Of a DNA stretch of 64,000 bases, positions 19,168 through 27,654 are shown piece by piece. The position numbers and the translations under genes are program-made. The stretch is from Thalassobaculum sp. (lineage in GTDB: Bacteria; Pseudomonadota; Alphaproteobacteria; Thalassobaculales; Thalassobaculaceae). The DNA lies in assembly GCF_040219215.1 (NCBI RefSeq), contig NZ_JAVJSX010000024.1, forward strand, positions 32,403 to 96,402, given 5' to 3'. The notes below the pieces were generated by a model. The model ran no database searches. It was not told the DNA's origin and worked only from the letters and a program-made list of their open reading frames with translations. The stretch's first letter is position 1. Each line of letters starts with the position of its first letter.

Positions 19168-20202
19168 ATGACACGTCCCGACACCATGCGTGCCGTCACC
19201 GCGACCGACGACGCCGTCACCATGGTCAGCCGGCCGGTTCCCAAGCCGGGCCGGGACGAAGTCCTGATCCGTGTGGTCGCCGCCGGGGTCAACCGCGCCG
19301 ACCTGGCGCAGCGCCAGGGCCGGCACGCGCCGCCACCGGGCGCTTCCGACGTTCTGGGCCTGGAAGTCTCGGGAATCGTCGAGGCGGTCGGCCCCGGGGA
19401 TCCGCTCGACCTCGATCCGGAGTCCCGGATTCCCGCACCACAGCCAGGCGACCGGGTCTGCGCCCTGCTTGCCGGCGGCGGCTACGCGGACTATGCGATC
19501 GCTCCCCGGCAATGCGTTCTGCCGGTGCCCGGGGATATGGACATGGTGGAAGCGGCGGCCTTGCCGGAGGCCGCATTCACCGTCTGGGACAACATGGTCA
19601 CCCGAGGCGGGCTGGACGTCCCCAAGGCAATCCTGGTGCATGCCGGCGCCAGCGGAATCGGCACCCTGGCCCTGCAGCTGGCCCGCACCCTCGACTGCCG
19701 GATCTTTGCGACGGCGGGAACCGAGGCAAAGCGCGCCGCCTGCGTGTCGCTTGGAGCCGAACGGGCGTTCGACTACCGCACCGAGGATTGGGCCGGCGAG
19801 ATCAACGCCCAGTGCGGTGGCGCCGACATCGTCCTGGATCTGGTGGGCGCCTCGCACCTGGCGAAGAACATCGAAGTCCTTGCTCCGGAAGGCCGGCTGG
19901 TCACCATCGGCTTCGTCGGCGGAGCGTCCGCGGAGCTGGACATGCGAGCCGTCGCCCGCAAGCGCCTGACCTTGACCGGATCGCTGCTTCGGGGACGCAA
20001 CGCCGTGCAGAAGGCGGCCATTGCCGAGCCGGTCTACGCCGAGCTGTGGCCGAAGATCGCGCGCCGGGATATCGAGCCGATCATCCACACCACCTTCGCC
20101 CTGGAAGACGTCGATCAGGCCCACGCCCTGCTGGCCGGAGACACCGTCATCGGCAAGCTGGTTCTGGAAGTGGACCACGCCCTGTGCGCCGCCGACGCCT
20201 GA
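19168..20202 (+). CDS. NAD(P)H:quinone oxidoreductase (zinc-independent MDR family, Qor-like)
   Basis: 344 aa. ...EVLIRVVAAGVNRADLAQRQGRHAPPPGASDVLGLEVSG...ILVHAGASGIGT.... The start may instead be the ATG at 19186. Confidence 0.85.
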   Translation: MTRPDTMRAVTATDDAVTMVSRPVPKPGRDEVLIRVVAAGVNRADLAQRQGRHAPPPGASDVLGLEVSGIVEAVGPGDPLDLDPESRIPAPQPGDRVCALLAGGGYADYAIAPRQCVLPVPGDMDMVEAAALPEAAFTVWDNMVTRGGLDVPKAILVHAGASGIGTLALQLARTLDCRIFATAGTEAKRAACVSLGAERAFDYRTEDWAGEINAQCGGADIVLDLVGASHLAKNIEVLAPEGRLVTIGFVGGASAELDMRAVARKRLTLTGSLLRGRNAVQKAAIAEPVYAELWPKIARRDIEPIIHTTFALEDVDQAHALLAGDTVIGKLVLEVDHALCAADA

Positions 20203-20242
20203 GCGCCCAAGCCACATAAACCTTTGCCGGGCGGCATGGAAA

Positions 20243-20256
20243 TCCCTATATAGGGA
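20243..20256. promoter_or_regulatory. Perfect 14-bp palindrome TCCCTATATAGGGA upstream of the DUF1013/trcR-like gene
   Basis: Read directly at 20243-20256, 77 nt upstream of the ATG at 20333. It is the only AT-rich element in this intergenic region. Its role is unknown. Confidence 0.25.
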
Positions 20257-20332
20257 CGCGAATCCCGACACCTACACTTGGACTGCAACCGGGCGTCGAC
20301 GTTGGTGACGCCGCGGTCGAGGAGAGAACACG

Positions 20333-20899
20333 ATGGCGCAACCGCACATGCCGAAGGCCACTGCCGTGTGGTTGATCGACAATACCGCGCTGACTTTCGA
20401 GCAGGTCGCCGCGTTCTGCGGTCTCCACCCCCTGGAGGTCCAGGCGATCGCCGACGGTGAAGTGTCTGCCGGCATCCAGGGTTTTGATCCGGTACTGGCC
20501 AACCAGCTGACGCGCGCCGAGATCGCGCGGTGCGAGGCTGACCCGAAAGCCCGCCTGCATATGGCGACCAGCGACCTGCCGAAGCCGATCGATAAGACCA
20601 AGGGTCCGAAATACATCCCTATCGCCAAGCGCGGCGACAAGCCGGACGCGATCGCCTGGCTGGTGAAGCACCATCAGGAACTGAAGGACGCGCAGATCGC
20701 GCGCCTGATCGGCACCACCAAGGACACCATCAACAAGATCCGTGAGCGCACCCACTGGAACAGCCCGAACATCCAGCCGCGCCACCCGGTGTTCCTCGGC
20801 CTGTGCAGCCAGCGCGACCTGGATGCCGCCATCGAGAAGGCCGGCGGCACCAAGGTACCGCCGGAGGAACAGCTCGAGTCGATCAGCGAACTGCCGTAA
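20333..20899 (+). CDS. DUF1013 family protein (cell-cycle transcriptional regulator TrcR-like)
   Basis: 188 aa. MPKATAVWLIDNTALTFEQVAAFCGLHPLEVQAIADGEV...TKDTINKIRERTHWN matches the conserved alphaproteobacterial DUF1013 pattern. Confidence 0.8.
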   Translation: MAQPHMPKATAVWLIDNTALTFEQVAAFCGLHPLEVQAIADGEVSAGIQGFDPVLANQLTRAEIARCEADPKARLHMATSDLPKPIDKTKGPKYIPIAKRGDKPDAIAWLVKHHQELKDAQIARLIGTTKDTINKIRERTHWNSPNIQPRHPVFLGLCSQRDLDAAIEKAGGTKVPPEEQLESISELP

Positions 20900-20908
20900 G
20901 CGTCCGGT

Positions 20909-21334
20909 TCAGCCCGGCGCATCCCCGGTTGCCAGCGTCATTGCGATGGCAAACAGCAGCATGCCGATTCCGACCGCGGCGATCGGCAGCACGGCCTGGA
21001 TCATCGCCTGCTTGCCGCTGATCCGGCTCCGGTCGGCGTGAAACTCCTCAGCTTCCCAGTCCTTGAAGGATTGCCCGGTAACCGCCGGCGGCTCGCTGCC
21101 GCGCCATGGTCGCGTGTCTTGCAACCGGATTCGGCGCAGGACGTACGGTAGAGCCAGCGTTGCGAGGACGAACCCGCTGACGATGGCCAGCAGGTAGGCC
21201 GTCAGGCCACCATCGCCGAGAAAGCCCCAACTCGCGGTAATCATCAAAATCGCAAAGGCCGCCATCGTCCGGTAGACGGCCGGGTGGAAGTGATCCTGGC
21301 CATGACGGCCGGAATACGGTGCCGTCGTTGCCAT
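20909..21334 (-). CDS. Hypothetical membrane protein
   Basis: 141 aa with three hydrophobic segments (AAFAILMITASWGFL, LTAYLLAIVSGFVLATLALPYVL, AVLPIAAVGIGMLLFAIAMTLA). No family recognised. Confidence 0.55.
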   Translation of the reverse strand: MATTAPYSGRHGQDHFHPAVYRTMAAFAILMITASWGFLGDGGLTAYLLAIVSGFVLATLALPYVLRRIRLQDTRPWRGSEPPAVTGQSFKDWEAEEFHADRSRISGKQAMIQAVLPIAAVGIGMLLFAIAMTLATGDAPG

Positions 21335-21458
21335 GTATCCTCCTCAGGCGCCACGCGCCTTGGCCATGGCCGTTCCCCGATTCCTGCAATTTACGTCGTG
21401 GCGATCGCAGCAACCGCCATGCGGCTGAACGCCGCACGGCGGAACACCGCCGGAGGCG

Positions 21459-22181
21459 TCACCCCGATGCGGCGGCGGCCGTCAGCTCCGACAGGCTCTG
21501 CTTCTGCCGTCCCTGCCCGTCGAAATTCGACGGGTCGAGCCAGCGCGTGAACGCCGTCTTCAACGCCGGCCACTCGGTATCGAGGATCGAGAACCACGCG
21601 GTGTCGCGGTTGCGGTTCTTGTACAGGGTCGCCTGCCGGAACAGCCCCTCGTACTGGAAGCCGAGCCGCTTGGCCGCGGCGCGCGACGGCGCGTTCAGGC
21701 TGTCGCACTTCCATTCGTAGCGGCGGTAGCCGAGTTCGTCGAACACCCGGGCCATCATCAGGTACATGGTCTCGGTCGCCATCACCGTGCGTTGCAGGGC
21801 CGGCGACATGGTGATGTGCCCGACCTCGATCACCCCGACGGCCGGTTCGATCCGCAGGTAACTGGCGTATCCAAGCGCGCGGCCGGTCGCCTGCTCGACC
21901 ACCGCGTAGAACAGCGGGTCCTCGCTAGCCTCGCACTTGGCCAGCCAGGCGTCGAAGCCGGCCCGGTCGCCGTCGAACGGACCGATCGCGAGATAGGTCC
22001 ACATGCTGCCGTCATCGGCCGACACCGCCTCGAACATCGTCTCGGCATGGTCGGCGACCCGTAACGGCTCCAGCCGAACGCTGCGCCCGACCATCGCGGA
22101 GCGGGCCGGCCGGGCGCACGGCTTCCAGTCCGGTACGGCAAAACCGATCGGCTGGCCGTGATCGTTGGTGCGGGCAGTCAT
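21459..22181 (-). CDS. GNAT family N-acetyltransferase (RimJ/RimL-like)
   Basis: ATG at 22181 with GGAG upstream. ...VRLEPLRVADHAETMFEAV...GVIEVGHITMSPALQRTVMATE...LGYRRYEWKCDSLNAPSRAAAKRLGF.... Confidence 0.8.
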   Translation of the reverse strand: MTARTNDHGQPIGFAVPDWKPCARPARSAMVGRSVRLEPLRVADHAETMFEAVSADDGSMWTYLAIGPFDGDRAGFDAWLAKCEASEDPLFYAVVEQATGRALGYASYLRIEPAVGVIEVGHITMSPALQRTVMATETMYLMMARVFDELGYRRYEWKCDSLNAPSRAAAKRLGFQYEGLFRQATLYKNRNRDTAWFSILDTEWPALKTAFTRWLDPSNFDGQGRQKQSLSELTAAAASG

Positions 22182-22274
22182 GGGAGGCTCCGTCGACGGG
22201 TATTTGGACTCTCCGGATGCCACAACAGAGGCCATCCGATTAGAGCCAACCGCGGAACGGCCAATGGACCAAGC

Positions 22275-22580
22275 TCAGCTTCGGATCCGCTCGCGTACCT
22301 GCCGCAGGACGTCGACCCGGTCCAGGATCGCGTACAGGGCCTTGTAGCCAACATACAGCTGGAAGAACAAGCCAACGACCGGAAGCAGCGTCAGGAGCGC
22401 CCACAGCCACGGGCGACCGCCCAGCCGGCGGGCAAGAAAGTAGTTTCCGACGGCAAACGCCACCGACCAGACCACCCACCAGGCAAACGGCAGATAGGGG
22501 CCGACGGTCAGCATGAACGGCACCAGATCGGGAAAGTACTGCTGCCACCAAGCCGTTGGCATTCCGGTTCGCATGGTCAC
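22275..22580 (-). CDS. Hypothetical small membrane protein
   Basis: 101 aa with Trp-rich TM helices (PYLPFAWWVVWSVAFAVGNYFLA; WLWALLTLLPVVGLFFQLYVGY). Start uncertain. Confidence 0.5.
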   Translation of the reverse strand: MTMRTGMPTAWWQQYFPDLVPFMLTVGPYLPFAWWVVWSVAFAVGNYFLARRLGGRPWLWALLTLLPVVGLFFQLYVGYKALYAILDRVDVLRQVRERIRS

Positions 22581-22796
22581 AGCCTCCGCGCATGTGCATG
22601 GCGCGCAGTGTTCACCCGACCGCCGGCACTTGTCACGCCGGATTGTCCATCCTCTTCATGCCATGCGTGTGTACCGTCGGTGCAGCTGCGGCACGAGATT
22701 TGGACGCATGGATCGCACGCCGACCGGCCGTATACGCCGGCCAATCGCCAGCCCTAGGTTGGTCACCGTCAGCAGCACACATCGGGAAACGCATCG

Positions 22797-23258
22797 ATGA
22801 CCAGCAAACCGATCATCCGGGATGTCCGGAAGGCCGATTTCGAGCAGTGGCAGGCCCTGTGGGCCGGGTACAACGCCTTCTACAAGCGCACCGGCCCCAC
22901 AGCGGTCTCCGATGAGGTCACGCGAACCACCTGGGCGCGTTTCTTCGACGCGTACGAGCCGATGCACGCCATGGTCGCCGAGCATGACGGCCGCCTGCTT
23001 GGCCTCGTGCACTACATCTACCACCGCAACACCACGATGCTCGGCCCGGCCTGCTACCTGCAGGACCTGTTCACGGCACCGGACGCCCGCGGCCACGGGG
23101 TCGGCCGCGCCCTGATCGAAGCGGTGTACGACCGCGCCGCCGCGGCCGGCTCGCCCCGGGTCTACTGGAACACCCAGGAGAACAACGACACCGCCCGAAA
23201 GCTCTACGACCAGGTGGCCGACCTGACGGACTTCCTGCTGTACCGGAAGACAATTTAA
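22797..23258 (+). CDS. GNAT family N-acetyltransferase
   Basis: 153 aa. ...LQDLFTAPDARGHGVGRALIEAVYDRAAAAG is acetyl-CoA binding motif A. Confidence 0.85.
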   Translation: MTSKPIIRDVRKADFEQWQALWAGYNAFYKRTGPTAVSDEVTRTTWARFFDAYEPMHAMVAEHDGRLLGLVHYIYHRNTTMLGPACYLQDLFTAPDARGHGVGRALIEAVYDRAAAAGSPRVYWNTQENNDTARKLYDQVADLTDFLLYRKTI

Positions 23259-24330
23259 GAGCGGGACCCAGATGAATCCGGTCTTGGTCCAGCGTTCAAC
23301 AAACGCCGATTAACCGCAACGGTCCTTTTGGGGTTGTCATTTGCTGATGTAGCGTCGACACGGCACGACATGCTCGGACAGTTTGGGATTGGCCAGACAG
23401 AAACTGACTATGTGATAATCACAGTTCAGACAGTTATTTCTGCTCCCCCGAAACGCAGGTCGACTTTATCGGCCCGCTCCGAAGCGTGCATTAGAACGGG
23501 ATCTCGTCGTCAAGAGACGCCGGCTCTTGTGGCGAGGGCAATGGTTCGTGAGTACGAGGCGGCATCAGTTGCCGGACTTCATGGTTTTCGATCATTCGAC
23601 TCGCCGCGTCTCGATCTTGCTCTTCTTTAGCTTGGCCAACTGTCTCTTCAATCTTGTTAACCAGCTCACGAACTGCACTTGCGGCTCCACCGACATCTGC
23701 AATGGCACCTGCGACTGCAAGTGTGACCACGCCCACCGCAATGAATGTTAAATTGCGGGAATCAAGATCACTCTCGAATTTGTCAACTTGCCTGATGAGT
23801 TTATCGATTCGAGCTGGCGGCAAATTGAGTTTACGAACTTCTTCACGAAGATGAATTGTGAGCGTCCGAAGTCGATCGCGTGTCGCTCCTTCTAAAAATA
23901 TCGCTGTTCGGAGTTTGCGATCTGCTCCTTCCAACATAAGTTGCATCGTATAAAAGCTGAGGTCAGACACAAAATCATCAAAAGCGTGATCGTTCCAATT
24001 GCTTCGACGAGGCATTTCGATGTTGGAAATAGGTACAATATTCAAATATTTTGCCGCAGAAACCACTGAAGTCATATAACGCAGTCGAGCATCTTGAACA
24101 ACACCCCACTCTTCTTCATTACTGATTTGCTCATAGTACCGTTTTCGACAAATTTGCTCTATCTGGACAAATCGCTCCCGTGGATTCTCCGGTAGATCTT
24201 CTATTTCTTCCTGTGTGATAAGCAAATCCATAGAAATGCCTCCGCCAAGCGATCCGCTGAAATTACCACACAGTAGGTCTTTGAAAACCTTTTACCACCA
24301 AAACGGAGTGCCGGTGGTGGTATGCTGCCC
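23259..24330. other. AT-richer single-gene islet between two GC-rich core genes
   Basis: Composition shifts abruptly after the GNAT stop (23258) and returns at the SDR stop (24331). Codons of the enclosed gene mostly end in A/T, unlike its neighbours. No tRNA, integrase or clear direct repeats were seen. Confidence 0.6.
23491..24231 (-). CDS. Orphan hypothetical protein: helical N-domain, glycine-zipper-like hydrophobic segment, Pro-rich linker and an SSB-like C-terminal tip (LDDEIPF)
   Basis: 246-aa uninterrupted ORF in the AT-rich islet. It ends ...MPPRTHEPLPSPQEPASLDDEIPF*. Hydrophobic segment LTFIAVGVVTLAVAGAIADVGGAASAV spans residues 161-187. No family recognised. Confidence 0.75.
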   Translation of the reverse strand: MDLLITQEEIEDLPENPRERFVQIEQICRKRYYEQISNEEEWGVVQDARLRYMTSVVSAAKYLNIVPISNIEMPRRSNWNDHAFDDFVSDLSFYTMQLMLEGADRKLRTAIFLEGATRDRLRTLTIHLREEVRKLNLPPARIDKLIRQVDKFESDLDSRNLTFIAVGVVTLAVAGAIADVGGAASAVRELVNKIEETVGQAKEEQDRDAASRMIENHEVRQLMPPRTHEPLPSPQEPASLDDEIPF

Positions 24331-25116
24331 CTACTCCTTCGGCATCACCTGGCTGAGCGCCAGCCTGCCGCCGTCGGGGTAGATGGTCTGGCCGGTGAAG
24401 TAGGCGCTGTCGTCGGTGGCGAGGAACAGCGCCGCGCCGGCGATCTCCGACGGTTCGGCCGGGCGGCCGAGCGGGGTGCGGCTGCGGACCCGGTCCATCG
24501 CCTCCGGGTCGGTCAGCATCGCCGAACGGAACAGGTCGGTCGCCACGCTGCCGGGACCGATGGCGTTGACCCGAATGCCGTGGCGCGCCAGTTCCACCGC
24601 CATGGTCTTGGTCAACTGGTTCACCCCGCCCTTCGACGCGTTATAGGCGGCCAGGCCCAGCGGCACGATCACCGCGTTGACCGAGGCGGTGTTCACGATG
24701 ATGCCGCGGATCCCGCGGTCGACCATCCGCCGGGCCGCCTCCTGGCCGGTGTAGAACACCCCCTTCAGGTTGACCGCGATCACCCGGTCGAAGGTGGCGT
24801 CGTCCAATTCCAGGAACGGCGTGTTGTGGATGATGCCGGCGTTCGCCACCACCACGTCGAGCGAACCATAGGCCTCGATCGCTCGATCCATCAGGGACGC
24901 CACCTGCTGGCGGCTGGTGACATCGCAGGCGACGAACCGCGCCTCGTTGCCGGCCGCGCGGATCCGGCCGACGGTCTCGTCGCCGGCCAGCGGGTCCATG
25001 TCGGCGGCCACCACCTTGGCCCCCTCGGCGGCGAACCGCTCGGCAATGGCGGCACCGATTCCCCGTGCGGCCCCGGTAACGACGGCGACCTTGCCCTGCA
25101 GGCGCATGCTCTTCAT
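24331..25116 (-). CDS. SDR family oxidoreductase
   Basis: ATG at 25116 overlaps the upstream stop (ATGA). MKSMRLQGKVAVVTGAARGIGAAIA...NAGI...YNASKGG (TGxxxGxG, NAG and YxxxK motifs). Confidence 0.9.
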   Translation of the reverse strand: MKSMRLQGKVAVVTGAARGIGAAIAERFAAEGAKVVAADMDPLAGDETVGRIRAAGNEARFVACDVTSRQQVASLMDRAIEAYGSLDVVVANAGIIHNTPFLELDDATFDRVIAVNLKGVFYTGQEAARRMVDRGIRGIIVNTASVNAVIVPLGLAAYNASKGGVNQLTKTMAVELARHGIRVNAIGPGSVATDLFRSAMLTDPEAMDRVRSRTPLGRPAEPSEIAGAALFLATDDSAYFTGQTIYPDGGRLALSQVMPKE

Positions 25117-27011
25117 CCCTTCTGCGGATAGCCGACGGTCTGCAGCGACTGGGCGATCTCGCCCAGGATCGCCGGGTCGTCGATGGTTGCCGGGGCGGCC
25201 ACGTCCTGGCCGTCGGCGATCTTCTGCATGGTGCGGCGCAGGATCTTGCCCGAGCGGGTCTTCGGCAGGCGCTGGACCACCGTCGCCACCTTGAACGCGG
25301 CGACCGGACCGATACGCTCGCGCACCATCGTCACCACCTCGGCCACGATCTGCTCGTGCGGCTTGTTGACCCCGTCCTTCAGCACCAGGAAGCCGAGCGG
25401 CACCTGGCCCTTGAGCGCGTCGGCCACCCCGATCACCGCGCATTCCGCGACGTCCGGGTGGTTGGCCAGCACCTCCTCCATCCCGCCGGTCGACAGCCGG
25501 TGTCCGGCGACGTTGATGATGTCGTCGGTGCGGGTCATGACGTGCAGGTAGCCGTCGTCGTCGATCACCCCGGCATCGCCGGTCTGGTAGAAACCGGGAT
25601 ACTCGGTCATGTAGCTGGTCACGAACCGGTCGTCGTTGTTCCACAAGGTCGACAGGGCGCCCGGCGGCAGCGGCAGCTTGATCGAGATGGCGCCGATCTC
25701 GTTGGGCTTCACCGCCGAACCGTCGGGTGCCAGCACCTGGACGTCCCAGCCCGGCACCGGATGGGTCGGCGAGCCCGGCTTGTACGGCAGTTCCTCGATG
25801 CCCAGGCAGTTGGAGACGATCGGCCAGCCGGTCTCGGTCTGCCACCAGTGGTCGACGGTCGGAACCTTCAACTTGTCCTGGCACCACTTCAGGGTGTCGG
25901 GATCGCAGCGCTCGCCGGCCAGGAACTGGGCCTTGAAGTTCGACATGTCGTACTTGGCCAGCAGCTTGCCGTCCGGATCCTCCTTCTTGATGGCGCGGAT
26001 CGCGGTCGGCGCGGTGAACATCACCTTGACCTTGTGGTCGGCGATCACCCGCCAGAACGCACCTGCATCCGGCGTACCGACCGGCTTGCCCTCGTACAGC
26101 ACGGTGGTGCAGCCATGGAACAGCGGCGCGTAGACGATGTAGGAATGACCGACCACCCAGCCGACGTCGGACGCCGCCCAGTACACGTCGCCGGGGTCGA
26201 CGTCGTAGATGTTCTTCATCGACCACTTCAGCGCGACCAGGTGGCCGCCGGTCGGTCGCACCACGCCCTTCGGCTGACCGGTGGTGCCGGAGGTGTACAG
26301 GATGTAGGCCGGATCGGTCGCCTTGACCGGCACGCAGCCGGCAGGCGGGGCAGCAGCTTCCGCGTCCTCCCACAGCACATCGCGGCCCGGCGCAAGCTCG
26401 GCTTCGACCTGCGGGCGCTGCTTGATCACGCAATGCTGCGGCTTGTGGGCCGCCAGTTCGATCGCCCGGTCGAGCAGCGGCTTGTAGGCCAGCACCCGCT
26501 GGCCCTCGACTCCGCAGGACGCCGACACGATGACCTTCGGCGTGGCATCGTCGATCCGGGTCGCCAGTTCCTTGGCGGCAAACCCGCCGAACACCACGGA
26601 ATGCACGGCACCGATCCGCACGGTCGCCAGCATCGCCACCAGCGCCTCGGGAATCATCGGCATGTACAGGATCACCCGGTCGCCGTAACCGACGCCGAGC
26701 CCGCGCAGGGCGCCGGCGAACCGGGCGATCCGCTCCTGCATCTCGCGGTAGGTGTAGGTGGCGACCGTGCCGGTGACCGGGCTGTCGTGGATCAGCGCCG
26801 GCTGCTCGCCACGCCCCGCCTCCACATGGCGGTCGATCGCGTTGTAGCAGGTGTTGGTCTCGCCGCCGACGAACCAGCGCGAGAACGGCGGACGGGAGTC
26901 GTCGACGACCTGGTCCCAACGTCTGGTCCAGGCCACGTCCTCCGCGGCCTCGGCCCAGAACGCCGTCGGATCCGCCATAGAGCGGCGGTAGACCTCGTGG
27001 AAACGGCCCAT
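25113..27011 (-). CDS. prpE: Propionate--CoA ligase / acetyl-CoA synthetase family
   Basis: 632 aa. ...PAYILYTSGTTGQPKGVV... AMP-binding motif, ...YYQTGD..., and a length and N-terminus (FWAEAAEDVAW...) typical of PrpE/Acs. Substrate assignment is tentative. Confidence 0.8.
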   Translation of the reverse strand: MGRFHEVYRRSMADPTAFWAEAAEDVAWTRRWDQVVDDSRPPFSRWFVGGETNTCYNAIDRHVEAGRGEQPALIHDSPVTGTVATYTYREMQERIARFAGALRGLGVGYGDRVILYMPMIPEALVAMLATVRIGAVHSVVFGGFAAKELATRIDDATPKVIVSASCGVEGQRVLAYKPLLDRAIELAAHKPQHCVIKQRPQVEAELAPGRDVLWEDAEAAAPPAGCVPVKATDPAYILYTSGTTGQPKGVVRPTGGHLVALKWSMKNIYDVDPGDVYWAASDVGWVVGHSYIVYAPLFHGCTTVLYEGKPVGTPDAGAFWRVIADHKVKVMFTAPTAIRAIKKEDPDGKLLAKYDMSNFKAQFLAGERCDPDTLKWCQDKLKVPTVDHWWQTETGWPIVSNCLGIEELPYKPGSPTHPVPGWDVQVLAPDGSAVKPNEIGAISIKLPLPPGALSTLWNNDDRFVTSYMTEYPGFYQTGDAGVIDDDGYLHVMTRTDDIINVAGHRLSTGGMEEVLANHPDVAECAVIGVADALKGQVPLGFLVLKDGVNKPHEQIVAEVVTMVRERIGPVAAFKVATVVQRLPKTRSGKILRRTMQKIADGQDVAAPATIDDPAILGEIAQSLQTVGYPQKG

Positions 27012-27654
27012 GTTTCCTCCCCTGTTCTCGTCGCGGCCTTAACACGACCACGATCCTCATTGGTCCGATCCTGATGGAGTCCGGGCCAGATGTCAGCAGG
27101 GTGGCGAGCCGGCAAGAGTGCCGATCACATCCGGATCGGCTTGCCGAGGTCGATGCGGTTCCTGTTCATGAAGGGTCAGATCCGCCTTCCGGTCGTCGGT
27201 CGGAGCGCTTGTCACGTTGGGGGTGGCGCAGCGGCTATATACATGGAGCGTGCCCGCGGCGCCCTCAAGGGAGCCGAAGGCAAACGTCTGACCTATCGAC
27301 GGACTGGTCTCGGGGCATAACAGCAGCGGGCGAATCACAGATCAAAAGTTAAAAAAAACTGGTCGAGTCGCTCTTACGCTGGGACCACCATCGCGAGCAG
27401 CGACGCAAGCGATAGTGGCTCTGCGCCTTCGTGTGAGGAAGATTTAGATTAAATGCTTGACGACAGTACGGCAAATCCGCCGAATCGTAAGATTGACCAA
27501 AGCGGACACCGGGGCCTGCCAGCCCCGGGCCGCCGGTTCCTAAACGGTCGGCCGTCCGGGAACATGCTCTTGAGAAGCGACAGTGACTTTCTATTGAGTC
27601 GCAAGCAAAGTCAATTGGACGGCCCAGTTTCAAGCCCATGAAAGGGTTAGTCAC

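Noticed and set aside
24260-24330. Hairpin ACCACC...GGTGGT downstream of the SDR gene, considered as a terminator or islet boundary repeat.
   Set aside because: The stem is only 6 bp with a roughly 13-nt loop, and there is no matching copy at the other islet boundary. This is too weak to call.
24331-27060. 909-aa ORF spanning the SDR and prpE region as a single frame.
   Set aside because: Only its C-terminal 261 aa (from the ATG at 25116) look like a real protein, the SDR. The upstream part is the out-of-frame shadow of prpE, which is read convincingly in another frame (25113-27011).
27218-27295. tRNA-like start GGGGGTGGCGCAGCGG at the left side of the islet, considered as a possible integration target.
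   Set aside because: No D-arm closure, anticodon stem, T-loop (GTTCRANYC) or acceptor-stem complement could be found. It is not a tRNA or a recognisable tRNA fragment.
27349-27654. 101-aa minus-strand ORF, and the 62-92 aa ORFs at 27074-27352 and 27453-27641.
   Set aside because: They have no start context or motifs, their composition is not protein-like (Arg/Ser/Cys-rich), and they overlap one another. They are treated as non-coding.
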